From Octopus sinensis (Eukaryota), in contig NC_043008.1 in NCBI RefSeq assembly GCF_006345805.1, positions 60,388,001 to 60,452,000 on the forward strand: a stretch of 64,000 bases of DNA, read 5' to 3'. This document shows, in pieces, positions 27,201 to 38,244 of this stretch. Position 1 is the stretch's first letter; every line of letters starts with the position of its first letter. The notes under the pieces are model-generated. The model made no database searches. It worked only from the letters and a program-made list of their open reading frames with translations, and had not been told where the DNA came from. The translations under genes and the position numbers were made by a program.

Positions 27201-28131
27201 GTGTAATATGCATGTGTGATGGCATAGCAATAATGTAGAATGGGTTAATATATTTTCTTTAATCCAAAATGGATCTTAATCATATTTAAATTTATATCAG
27301 TTCGTCTGCTCTACTTTTTCATCTCCACACACATACACACAGACACTCGCGCACGCAGTCAGTTACTCATGCCTATATATATATATGTATTTGTGTATGT
27401 ATATAATACTACTGCACCTGTGAAAGCAGCAACAAGAATAGAGTCCTAAAAGCAAAAATATAAAAGAAGAAACAAGGAAAGCGTTCACCGTCTTGTAGGA
27501 AGCCAGATAAGAGTATCAACCTAAGAGCAGATGTCTACTATCGCTCATTCTTCCAATGATTTCGATAATTCCATGGTATTTGAAACTATGCCACCAGAAA
27601 TGATAATGGAGACAACGAGATTTGCTTAGTCTACGCCAACAGATTATTACAGCTTTGATAAAACAATAAATGATTAAGAATAAATAAATACGAAAAAAAA
27701 ATGAATATATAAATAAATAAATAAATGCAGGCAAAATAGATATATCTTATTAAACAAGCTTATGAGAAAAACAAAATTTATAAACGAGATTCCGAGGATT
27801 TGTTTACAAAAACGAATATATTAACATTTTCAGTATTTTTTCCGTTTTTTTGTTGTTGTTGTTGTTGTTGTAACAAATACGGAATTAATGACAAAATCTG
27901 CATGAGATATTTGAGGTAATTAGATAAATATTAACTGTAAATTAATTTGGAGGCCAGCAATTGAATTTTACTGTAAATTAATGGATGTATGTGTGAGCTC
28001 GTGCACGTGAAACAATATCTTACTGATACCCAGTTTCATTCACGCATGCGCATTCGCTCGCTCTTCGACAATTATTTTCTCGCTATCATTCTCATATCCC
28101 CTCTCTCGCTCTCTCTGTTTCTGTCTCTGTC

Positions 28132-28206
<75 letters not shown>

Positions 28207-28669
28207 ATATGTATATATTGCTCAAAGATATAGTTCACATGTTGATAAGTTGATAAGTAGGTTAAATAAGTTAATGCGGCAATACGTACTGCGCTAAGAA
28301 TAATAATAGTACCAGCAACATTTATCTGTAGTTTTAGAATGTATTTAGTTTCAGGGATGTATGGGAGGCAACTATGGACAGATCTTGGCTTATTATAACC
28401 TCACTAGTACTTCCAGTCATGCGCCTAGTAAAATGTTGTACAAAATGCTGCACGTTATATAGTGTCTTTAAGCAGGTGAGGGCTTACGTTTGTGTATGTA
28501 TGTATTTATTTACACACACACAGAGGTAGTGTGTAACGACAGCGCCCCTACAACTCTACCAAAGAGTTCACATTGGCAGACAAAACTCCTTTTCTCTCTA
28601 CCACCCTCGCCCTCCATCTCCCTTTCTGTATGTGTGTGTGTATTTATCTAGCTACATATATATAATCAC

Positions 28670-28719
<50 letters not shown>

Positions 28720-28722
<3 letters not shown>

Positions 28723-29089
28723 GTGAAGTATATTTGCCATTTAAATGTGGCTAACCACTAAGGGTGGATGTTACTGTAGCTTGTAGACCCAGGAGAACAT
28801 CTCCAGTTGGCTATTGACACACTTTCCCTGCCGTATCAGTAATTGCAAAGGGAAGCCATCCTTCCCATCGTCGACCTGACGTGACACGGACGGACCCGGA
28901 TTTCTGGGTATTTACCCGTTGTCAGCGCACGAAAATCACCGGTCTTCGATGCAAAGGAGTCCCAATGCAAAGGCATTTATCCTTTTTCCAATGACGAAAA
29001 GTCACTGATCTCGAAAAAGTGTTAAAAGCAATAATAAATCTGTGAACGAGGTATAAACAGTAGCTGCACTACAATGTGAAGTATATTTG

Positions 29090-29093
<4 letters not shown>
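28720..29093 (+). mobile_element. 353-nt unit with 21-nt terminal direct repeat, inserted in (TA)n
   Basis: AATGTGAAGTATATTTGCCAT at 28720-28740 and AATGTGAAGTATATTTGTCAT at 29073-29093. A weak hammerhead-like remnant lies at 28991-29028. Confidence 0.6.
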
Positions 29094-29129
<36 letters not shown>

Positions 29130-29924
29130 CGAGGTCTGATCTATAGGTATCCGGACTGTTACCATTGTAACGAAGCGAAAGCACACAGAGTGGAGCCGCT
29201 TAGCGCAGATTGACAGCGGAATCTGCTGTGCATGCGCACTAAGATTTTGTGATCTGTCTCGCAGTGCTTACAGTAGTGCTTGGAAGGAACATATGTAGCG
29301 TGTGATCGTCACATTGACCATGACAGACAAAATTATCATGGCGATACCTGTTCAGAGGCCTATGCAAATTTGCAGAAAGCGTATGGAGAGGAGTGTATGA
29401 GACGCACGGGAGTGTGCAAGGGATTCAGACTTTACCAAGATGGTAAAAATGTCTATAATGACGAACGATCTGGGAGACTTGCAACCAGCAGATGTGAGAA
29501 AAAAATTGAAGACATGCGTGCAGCTGAGTGGAGAAATCGTTCGAATCACAATCCATGAATTATCAGACGATGTGCTGTTTAGTTACGGTTCAGTTCAGTC
29601 CACTATCACTAAAGATATGGGTATGAGACTCGTGTCTGCTATATTTGTACTAAAACTCGGGATCCAGTTGCACAGTATCGCCTCGGTTGTATCGCGAACG
29701 TTGAAAACATTTGGAAAACGTTGCCCAGACCTCTGGGCAGGTATCACCAACCTTTTGCCAAACTTTGATGCAGATTCTCTGCAGATTCTCTGCAGATTCT
29801 CTAGGACGTTAAAAATTAGTGCGCATGCACAACAAAGTTAAGGTCTCTCCCTTCCAAAGCGGCGTCTCCCTGCGTGCTTCAGCTTCGATACTATAGCAAC
29901 TGTCCGGATTCTTATTGATGAGAC
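29130..29924 (+). mobile_element. Internally deleted mariner-like transposon with long (~110 bp) imperfect TIRs
   Basis: Transposase N-terminus: SEAYANLQKAYGEECM...DERSGR...RITIHELS...SYGSVQS...GMRLVSAIFVLKL (WVP-like motif). No DDD catalytic region. TA precedes the left TIR (29128-29129). The TIRs include a perfect 15-bp pair GTGCATGCGCACTAA 29228-29242 / 29816-29830. The right TIR lacks its last ~4 bases. Confidence 0.85.
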
Positions 29925-29973
29925 AACACACACACACACCACATACATATATATATATTCAATATGTGCTCGC

Positions 29974-30177
29974 GTGTGTATCGTAGGCGAGTTTTCTCCT
30001 CTGGCTTCCCTTCCTTGGATCTTTCTTTTTTCTATGTTTCTGACGATGAGTTTCGCTCGAAACGTTGATACCTCCTTCTTTTTTTCCTTCCCGAGCGTCC
30101 AATAACACTATACTTGTTCCACGTCCTCGCATTGTTGTGTTTTCTCTTTGTATTTTCATGTTTGGATTAACTTTATA
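29974..30177 (+). mobile_element. ~200-bp Penelope-like repeat with minimal hammerhead remnant
   Basis: GTTT-CTGACGA-T-GAG TTTCG CTC-GAAA-CGTT at 30036-30066. It is homologous to 10769-10968 (-), and both end at a (TA)n tract. Confidence 0.6.
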
Positions 30178-30186
30178 TATATATAT

Positions 30187-30190
<4 letters not shown>

Positions 30191-30276
<86 letters not shown>
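30191..30276. repeat. (GA)n microsatellite
   Basis: Read directly from the sequence. Confidence 0.95.
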
Positions 30277-30280
<4 letters not shown>

Positions 30281-30593
30281 TAAGCGTGTTACAAAACTAT
30301 ATATAACAAGTACTAATCTATGAAAAGAGCAAAGAATTTCAGACTGCATGTGTTTAAACAAATGAAACCTTAAGAATGATATAGAAAATATTGCCAGACA
30401 AAAGTTCTATTTCACAAATGCCGAGTTCTTCCAGTTCTTTCTCCCCCACTCTTCATCCTTCGTCTGCTTATCTATGTTTCTGTCTGTTGCAATATATATG
30501 TAGAAACATAAATGCACACACACACACATATATAAAGTTTATGTACGAATATATATACATATATACATTTATATATATATATAGTGTGTATTC

Positions 30594-30625
<32 letters not shown>

Positions 30626-30638
30626 TATATATGTGTAT

Positions 30639-30687
<49 letters not shown>

Positions 30688-30717
30688 TGTGTGTGTGTGT
30701 GTCTGTACATATATGTA

Positions 30718-30751
<34 letters not shown>

Positions 30752-31185
30752 TGTGTGTGTATATATGTATGCATATATGTATATATAGGTATGTTTGTAT
30801 ATATGCGACAGAATGGCAGATGGAGAATGGAATACTTTCATAACATAATCTCTTATGATGAATGATATCAGTCTGCGAAGACGACAAAGAAGATGTCTAG
30901 GAACATTTCTCTTTGTAGATATTTGTATTTATTTGACAACTTTAAATTTGAATGTGCTTCTATTCCAGCTCATGCATAAATTTAATTGGTCTGCAACGAA
31001 TACACACGCAACGAAACAAAGTTATATGCTTATAATTACATACACAATTAAATATTTATTAAGTACACATTCGTAAATTACGTTGTGACGTAAAATCTGG
31101 TCAGGAGGATTTTGCAGAATATATATGTATATATACACACGTTCATACACACACGCACATACATGTGTAGACACATATGTATATA

Positions 31186-31299
<114 letters not shown>

Positions 31300-31423
31300 T
31301 TATATACATATATATATATATTATATATATATATATAAATATGTATATACCTATATAATATAAATATCTGTCAATCTATCTGTGTGTGTATATATGTGTC
31401 TATCTATCTATCTATCTATCCAT

Positions 31424-31465
<42 letters not shown>

Positions 31466-31495
31466 CTCTACACATATATATATACATATACATAC

Positions 31496-31548
<53 letters not shown>

Positions 31549-31865
31549 ACATATGTATATATATGTGTGTGTGTGTATATAGATGTCGCTAACACAGATA
31601 TACGCTACTACATTATCCTTACTGGTGAAGTATGTTATTATTTTATTGATGTCAATCATACAATAAGACAAATACCAAGTATATCATTAATTGCTAAATA
31701 CACCAAAAGCAAACTACAAACAACAACAATGAGAAGCACATCAACACCTTTGACGACGATGGCAACAATGACGTAAACCACATCAAACAGAAGCGTAGTT
31801 ACAGTGAGAATAATAATAAAAACGAAGTATGATATTCTAGATGCTTCAAAATGGTGGTGCAATGA

Positions 31866-31904
<39 letters not shown>

Positions 31905-31962
31905 CTAATTCTTTGTATGCTTCTGTGCTTATCTGTCTGTCTGTCTGTCTGCCTGTCTCTCT

Positions 31963-32007
<45 letters not shown>

Positions 32008-32055
32008 ATATATATTCCGAATTATTTGTATGCTTCTGTGCTTATCTGTCTGTCC

Positions 32056-32137
<82 letters not shown>

Positions 32138-32246
32138 CGGCGTACGTACGTACTTGTGCTCACCTTATAGTAGTTATGTATCTAAATTTTGTACGACACT
32201 TACTCTAACTTTTAGACGCCCTCATTTCTTTTTCTCGCTCTCTCAG

Positions 32247-32264
32247 GTGCAACTGTCTGAAATA
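32247..32264 (+). other. Candidate 18-nt microexon (VQLSEI in phase 0)
   Basis: CTAAC branch-like motif near 32205, long pyrimidine tract ending CTCTCAG, donor ATA|GTAAGT. Confidence 0.35.
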
Positions 32265-32722
32265 GTAAGTACTTTTGGTATACTTGACTGACGAAAGAAG
32301 GACACGAATGACCAGAATTTTCTCCCTGTCCTTCTAATTGTAGTTTCTCCTGCCCGCCTTTGTATCATCTATCTGTGCGACTGTTCTATTGTCCTCTATT
32401 GCGTCTTTGTTTCATTACATATATATACTCATAATAAGATTTAGTCTCGAGTCTAAATAGTTTAAATTGTTTGACAACCACGGACCCTTACTAACTGGCG
32501 GTGTTACATCACCATCGGAACGAAAGAAGGAAAAAAGTAAACGACTGAAGAGAAAAGCACCACAAAATCAGTCCTCCACTCAATGCTATCGACTCCTTCA
32601 TGCAAGAATGGATTCACTTAGTCGTCAACACTCATCACCATAAATAAATTTTTCGTAAAGAAGACACTAAATTCTCGGATACGAGATAAAGCCGACAACG
32701 ATGCAGACGTTATATGTATGTA

Positions 32723-33030
32723 TATCACGTGATCACGTGCCCGACCAGACCATCAGATGTAGTTACACATCGCTGGTCACAATGCGTTCGCATTGTTTTA
32801 GCCTTCGAATGACGCCACCCCGCTGGCTAAGCGATCAGGCCGACAGAAGAAAGAGTGGGAGAGAGAGTGGTGAAAGAGTACAGCAGGGATCACCACCTCC
32901 TGCCGGAGCCTCGTGGAGCTTTTAGGTGTTTTCGCTCAATAAACACACACAACACCCGGTCTGGGAATCGAAACCGCGATCCTACGACCGCGAGTCCGCT
33001 GCCCTAACCACTGGGCTATTGCGCCTCCAC
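32723..33030 (-). mobile_element. tRNA-derived SINE (head A + tail ii)
   Basis: The head is nearly identical to 1761-1930; the 3' part is unrelated. Confidence 0.85.
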
Positions 33031-33162
33031 GTAAATATATATATATACACACATAAACACACACACATACACACACACGCACACAATCGTATACGCGTGT
33101 GTGTGGCGTTTTAATAAATGAAAGATCTACGTTGCATTTCATTTGATATATCTGCAAATAAA

Positions 33163-34678
33163 CCCTTTGTACCACCAAAATTGTCACGGTCACAAATACT
33201 TAAACTTTCTTGAAACCAATAATCGAATCGATTTACAACTTTCCATGTTTTCCAGATAAGACCTCTGACCATACGGACAACAAGTTTTGTAAGAATCAGT
33301 GAAATACCCATTGAGAGATTTAACTAGAAAGAGAACACTTTGAGATCATTTTGTGCCAGCCTCACCATGTTTTCCAAATTGAGGAATGTTTAGATGGAAG
33401 TTCAACCAGGCCTTAGCTAAAGGTACTAACATTCATTCTCTGGGGCTTCTATATTCGATGTTCATTCAAGAACTATCAAAACAATTTTGAATAAATTTGA
33501 GAAAGAGGAACCAGCGGAAAAAAAATCGGGATCGGCAAGAAGGACCATTTCAATCTGAAGCTGAATGGATAAGAAGAGATTCATCTTAATCCGTAAGTTA
33601 CTTGGCACGTAAGAGGGGCGCTTCAGCTTTGACAATTGAAAGAGCGGTGAAAGAAGACTTGAAGATGAAATTGTACTGAGACCTGTGGGGCACATTGTTA
33701 CTCCGGAACAAAAGGTTAGTAGGCTGGATAGGGCGAAGATCATCTTAAAGAAAGTGAGACATAATCCTGGAGTGATGTTTTACACAGATGGGAAATATTT
33801 CACACATGATACGCTCACAACTGACGCAACCGCCGCGTTTTGACTTCCGGTTTTCAGGTGCAAAAACCCTGCCAAGGTGATGATTTTCGCCTGCGTGGCC
33901 TCTGATGGCGAGAAGATACCATCGAGCATCCTTGAGAAGGCTGAGAGACTGACAGGAATTTGTTATGTTCAGGTTTTGAAAGATATAAAACCATGGATTC
34001 TTTCTGAATATCCTGAGAGATGAGACGATGGAAACCCCAACAAGATCGATAAGGACTTCAGGTTTACATGTCAACAAGATGGATGCCCTTGTCACACAAG
34101 TGTAGTGGCTCGAAAATATCTCAGGGAAGAGTTTAGAAACAAGTTTTGGGTAAGTACTCTTGTCTCCGCCTAAACTCACCTCATCACCCGATTTGTACCC
34201 ATTAGATTTCAGCATCTGGAATGGTGAGAAGCTCTACAGTAGACTGCAAGCTTTAACTCCATCCGTAGGACGGAGAAGGAACACATTGATATAAATTCAT
34301 TAAGAAACCTTGCGATGCAGTCAAGAAGAGTTTTGAGGAAGTCGTTGCCAAAAGAGGAGCAATTTTGATGCCTAGTCGGTAGAATTTTGACCAGAATTGT
34401 CTCTGGCACTTTGAAATAAAATTTTAATCTTTGTTCCAATTCGCTATGACTTCCCAATCCTATTCTGAGGTTAATTACTTGCGAAAATATTATTTTCGTC
34501 TATGATCAACTTCATCAGGATTCTTCTGGTGAGAAATCAACATTTTTTTGTTGCTAAAAAACCAATATCAGAAAGCGATAGTGTTAGAAAAACCTGATAA
34601 ATTCATTAAGCTACCTTTAAGAGATACAAAGGTTCGAAGCTGAATCTAAAAGTTGGAGAATATTGCTGGTACACCCGG
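33163..34678 (+). mobile_element. Decayed Tc1/mariner-superfamily transposon, maT (DD37D-like) type
   Basis: Broken + strand frames read SRTIKTILNKFE...SGSARR, FYTDGKYF, KVMIFACVASDG, QQDGCPCHT and SSPDLYPLDFSIW, with D as the third catalytic residue. The right TIR ends ...GTACACCCGG followed by TA (34679-34680). Only a weak left-TIR match is seen near 33163. Confidence 0.8.
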
Positions 34679-34708
34679 TACATATATGTATCTCTCTCTC
34701 TCTCTCTC

Positions 34709-34748
<40 letters not shown>

Positions 34749-35014
34749 GGGTGAATGAATTATTAATTGGAAAAATTATCATTACACCAAGTAGTCTTCG
34801 GCATGTAAAAGCCTCATTCGAGGAAAATTTAAGTAATACTAAGCAATAAGGGTTTAGCAACGAGTTGCCTTACCACATACCGAATTTAGAAATAGCAGTC
34901 AAGGGTTATAGCTATTTCTTCTACTAAAAAGGGAGATCTCAGTAAAAAAAGCATTTGGAAGGCACAAACAGGTAAGAGAGAATGAATTGACTGCAATCTA
35001 TCATACATTTTTTT

Positions 35015-35136
35015 AGTTATCCACGGACGTAACGTTTCGAAATCAAGTTTTAAGGAGCATACGAATTAAATATTAAATATTAAATAATAAATAATTCTAT
35101 CTTACCGAAACTTCTTTTTCTTCAGCGTAGAATACT
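35015..35136 (-). ncRNA. Hammerhead ribozyme copy A (inverted block; lacks G10.1; stem III loop GTTAC)
   Basis: The reverse complement reads AGTATTCTACG-CTGAAGA-AAAAGAAGTTT...AAACTTGATTTC-GAAA-CGTTAC-GTC-CGTGGATAACT. Confidence 0.65.
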
Positions 35137-35540
35137 ATAATCATAAATGATTATATATTGAATTTTGAGATACCAGAAGGCACAAACTCCACTCAGTATC
35201 AGAGCGAGCTAGTAGAACCCGCAACTGGTATCACCGAATTCAATTTGTGAATGAAACGATTGTGTCAACAGCCCCTTCCCACCCGCGTGTAGCCAAAACA
35301 AGATGCTGTGGTCATCTACTGAGATAAAATATGGTTATCCGTAATAATGAAGGGTGAAATTAATTAATTTGGAAAAATTATCAATTACACCAAGTAGTCT
35401 TAAGGGGCTGTTGACACAATCGTTTCATTCACAAATTGAATTCGGTGATACCAGTTGCGGGTTCTAGCTCGCTCTGATACTGAGTGGAGTTGGTTGCCTT
35501 CTGGTATCTCAAAATTCAATATATAATCATTTATGATTAT

Positions 35541-35666
35541 AGTATTCTACGCTGAAGAAGAGAAAAGAAGTTCGGTAAGATAGAATTATTTATTATTTAA
35601 TATTTAATATTTAATTCGTATGCTTTCCTTAAAACTTGATTTCGAAACGTACGTCCGTGGATAACT
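35541..35666 (+). ncRNA. Hammerhead ribozyme copy B (extra AGA after CTGAAGA)
   Basis: Same stems as copy D; CTGAAGA 35552-35558, GAAA 35644-35647, GTC 35653-35655. The 3-nt insertion before stem II may be real or a sequencing error. Confidence 0.7.
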
Positions 35667-36140
35667 AAAAAAATGTATGATAGATTGCAGTCAATTCATT
35701 CTCTCTCACCTGTTTGTGCCTTCCAAATGCTGTTTTTACTGAGATCTCCCTTTTTAGTAGAAGAAATAGCTATAACCCTTTGACTGCTATTCTAAATTCG
35801 GTATGTGGTAAGGCAACTCGTTGCTAAACCCTTATTGCTTAGTATTACTTAAATTTTCCTCGAATGAGGCTTTTACATGCGCGAAGACTACTGGTGTAAT
35901 TGATAATTTTTCCAAATTAATAATTTCACCCTTCATTATTACGGATAACCATATTTTATCTCAGTAGATGACCACAGCATCTTGTTTTGGCTACACGCGG
36001 GTGGGAAGGGGCTGTTGACACAATCGTTTCATTCACAAATGAATTCGGTGATCCCAGTTGCGGGTTCTAGCTCGCTCTGATACGAGTGGAGTTGGTGCCT
36101 TCTGGTATCTCAAAATTCAATATATAATCATTATGATTAT

Positions 36141-36262
36141 AGTATCCTACGCTGAGAGAAAAGAAGTTTCGGTAAGATAGAATTATTTATTATTTAATAT
36201 TTAATATTTAATTCGTTTGCTTTCCTTAAAACTGATTTCGAAACGTACGTCCGTGGATAACT
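36141..36262 (+). ncRNA. Hammerhead ribozyme copy C (core reads CTGAGA, 1 nt short)
   Basis: Same stems as copy D; GAAA 36240-36243, GTC 36249-36251. One-nt deletion in the core. Confidence 0.65.
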
Positions 36263-36736
36263 AAAAAAATGTATGATAGATTGCAGTCAATTCATTCTCT
36301 CTTACTGTTTGTGCCTTCCAAATGCTGTTTTTACTGAGATCTCCCTTTTTAGTAGAAGAAATAGCTATAACCCTTTGACTGCTATTTCTAAATTCGGTAT
36401 GTGGTAAGGCAACTCGTTGCTAAACCCTTATTGCTTAGTATTACTTAAATTTTCCTCGAATGGGCTTTTACATGCCGAAGACTACTTGGTGTAATTGATA
36501 ATTTTTCCAAATAATTAATTTCACCTTCATTATTACGGATAACCATATTTTATCTCCGTAGATGGACCACAGCATCTTGTTTTGGCTACAAGCGGGTGGG
36601 AAGGGGCTGTTGACACAATCGTTTCATTCACAAATTGAATTCGGTGATACCAGTTGCGGGTTCTAGCTCGCTCTGATACTGAGTGGAGTTGGTGCCTTCT
36701 GGATCTCAAAATTCAATATATAATCATTATGATTAT

Positions 36737-36859
36737 AGTCTTCTACGCTGAAGAGAAAAGAAGTTTCGGTAAGATAGAATTATTTATTATTTAATATTAA
36801 TATTTAATTCGTATGCTTTCCTTAAAACTTGATTTCGAAACGTACGTCCGTGGATAACT
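36737..36859 (+). ncRNA. Type I hammerhead ribozyme, canonical core (copy D)
   Basis: Stem I: AGT..TCTACG (36737-36747) with CGTGGA..ACT (36849-36859). Core CTGAAGA at 36748-36754. Stem II: GAAAAGAAGTTT (36755-36766) pairs with AAACTTGATTTC ending at C36836 (G10.1-C11.1, 2x2 internal loop, extended AT-rich hairpin). GAAA at 36837-36840. Stem III is AC-GTAC-GT with a palindromic loop. GTC at 36846-36848. Confidence 0.85.
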
Positions 36860-37178
36860 AAAAAAATGTATGATAGTTGCAGTCAATTCATTCTCTCTTA
36901 CCTGTTTGTGCCTTCCAAATGCTGTTTTTACTGAGATCTCCCTTTTTAGTAGAAGAAATAGCTATAACCCTTTGACTGCTATTTCTAAATTCGGTATGTG
37001 GTAAGGCAACTCGTTGTAAAACCTTATTGCTTGGATATATTAATATATATATATATATATATATATATACGCTTCAATATCTCCCTATTTCTCTTACTCT
37101 CTCTCTATTTATCTATCTATCCATGGGTACATATATATATATGTATGTGTATATACATACACACACACACACATTTAT

Positions 37179-37281
<103 letters not shown>

Positions 37282-37835
37282 CAAACACACAGAGGGAGAG
37301 TGAGCGAGTGTATGTTAGCGATTAAGGTAGATATTTACTATTGACAGAAGTTGGCAGACCAGAAAATTGTTGATTGACAACTGAAACAGCGAGGACACCA
37401 TTAATACTAGACCCATTAATGCCATATACTCTTATGCTCGTGATTGATAAGACGTTAAAAATTAAGATAAAAATCTATGTGTCATCATGAATAATGTAAA
37501 TTGACAAATTGTAGATGGCAAATAAATATCGCTGTAATTATCGCTCAAAATACCGGTATGAGTTCTGTTGATTAAAAGCAAGTGTACGCTTAAATAATAT
37601 TCATTTAGCATGGCGGAATTTTTAAAGCAATATGAGTGTTGGACAAGTGTGCCTAGAGCCGATTGTTTCTGCCTTGCCTTTTGTATTTCTAGACTGATAA
37701 AGTAAGAAATGAAGGCGATTCCTATCTCTCTTACAAGCAAGCATTAAAGTTCTATGCATAGGTCAGTCCGTCCAAATTGCTTTTCTGTTTGCCCCTCTCT
37801 CACTCCTAGTCTCTCTGTTTTTTTCTTCGTGCCAG

Positions 37836-37963
37836 AAGCGATTGTGCCGTTGAAAATAACACGTATGATGACACTCACTTTGATTCATTGCCAAAGACAG
37901 CTACTCCCATTGCATCGTTCAGGAATATTATGCCCCGCAAGTCTCTAGTGACATTTCATGATG
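37836..37963 (+). CDS. Candidate internal coding exon (128 nt, phase 2 to 1) of an unidentified gene: SDCAVENNTYDDTHFDSLPKTATPIASFRNIMPRKSLVTFHD
   Basis: Strong acceptor CTGTTTTTTTCTTCGTGCCAG and donor ATG|GTATGT. Only one frame is open across the exon and it is non-repetitive. No homology recognised. Confidence 0.5.
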
Positions 37964-38195
37964 GTATGTGGACAATAGTAATTATAATATTCCTTTCTAT
38001 TATAGGTACAAAGCTTGAAATTTTGGGGTACGGGATTAGGCGATTACATCGACCTCAGTGCTTCACTTGTACTTATTTTATCGATCACGTTTGATGACAG
38101 GCAAAGTCAACTACGGTGGAATTTGATCGCAGACCGCTATGCATTTCACCCGGTGTGCAAACGATTCTGTCACGTCGCCACCTTTATAATAATAA

Positions 38196-38244
<49 letters not shown>

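Larger units (their letters stand above)
34744..37032. mobile_element. Tandem array of a ~597-nt non-coding, hammerhead-bearing unit (retrozyme / non-autonomous Penelope-like element) with an inverted 5' block
   Basis: 34744-35401 is ~1.1 units with the ribozyme on the - strand; 35402-37032 is ~2.7 units on the + strand. GTC cleavage triplets end at 35655, 36251 and 36848 (period 596-597 nt). Copies differ mostly by 1-nt indels. Both flanks are (TA)n. No ORF of 60 aa or more lies within the unit. Confidence 0.85.

Noticed and set aside
33745-34457. 156-aa and 82-aa minus-strand ORFs
   Set aside because: They are antisense shadows of the broken + strand maT-like transposase.
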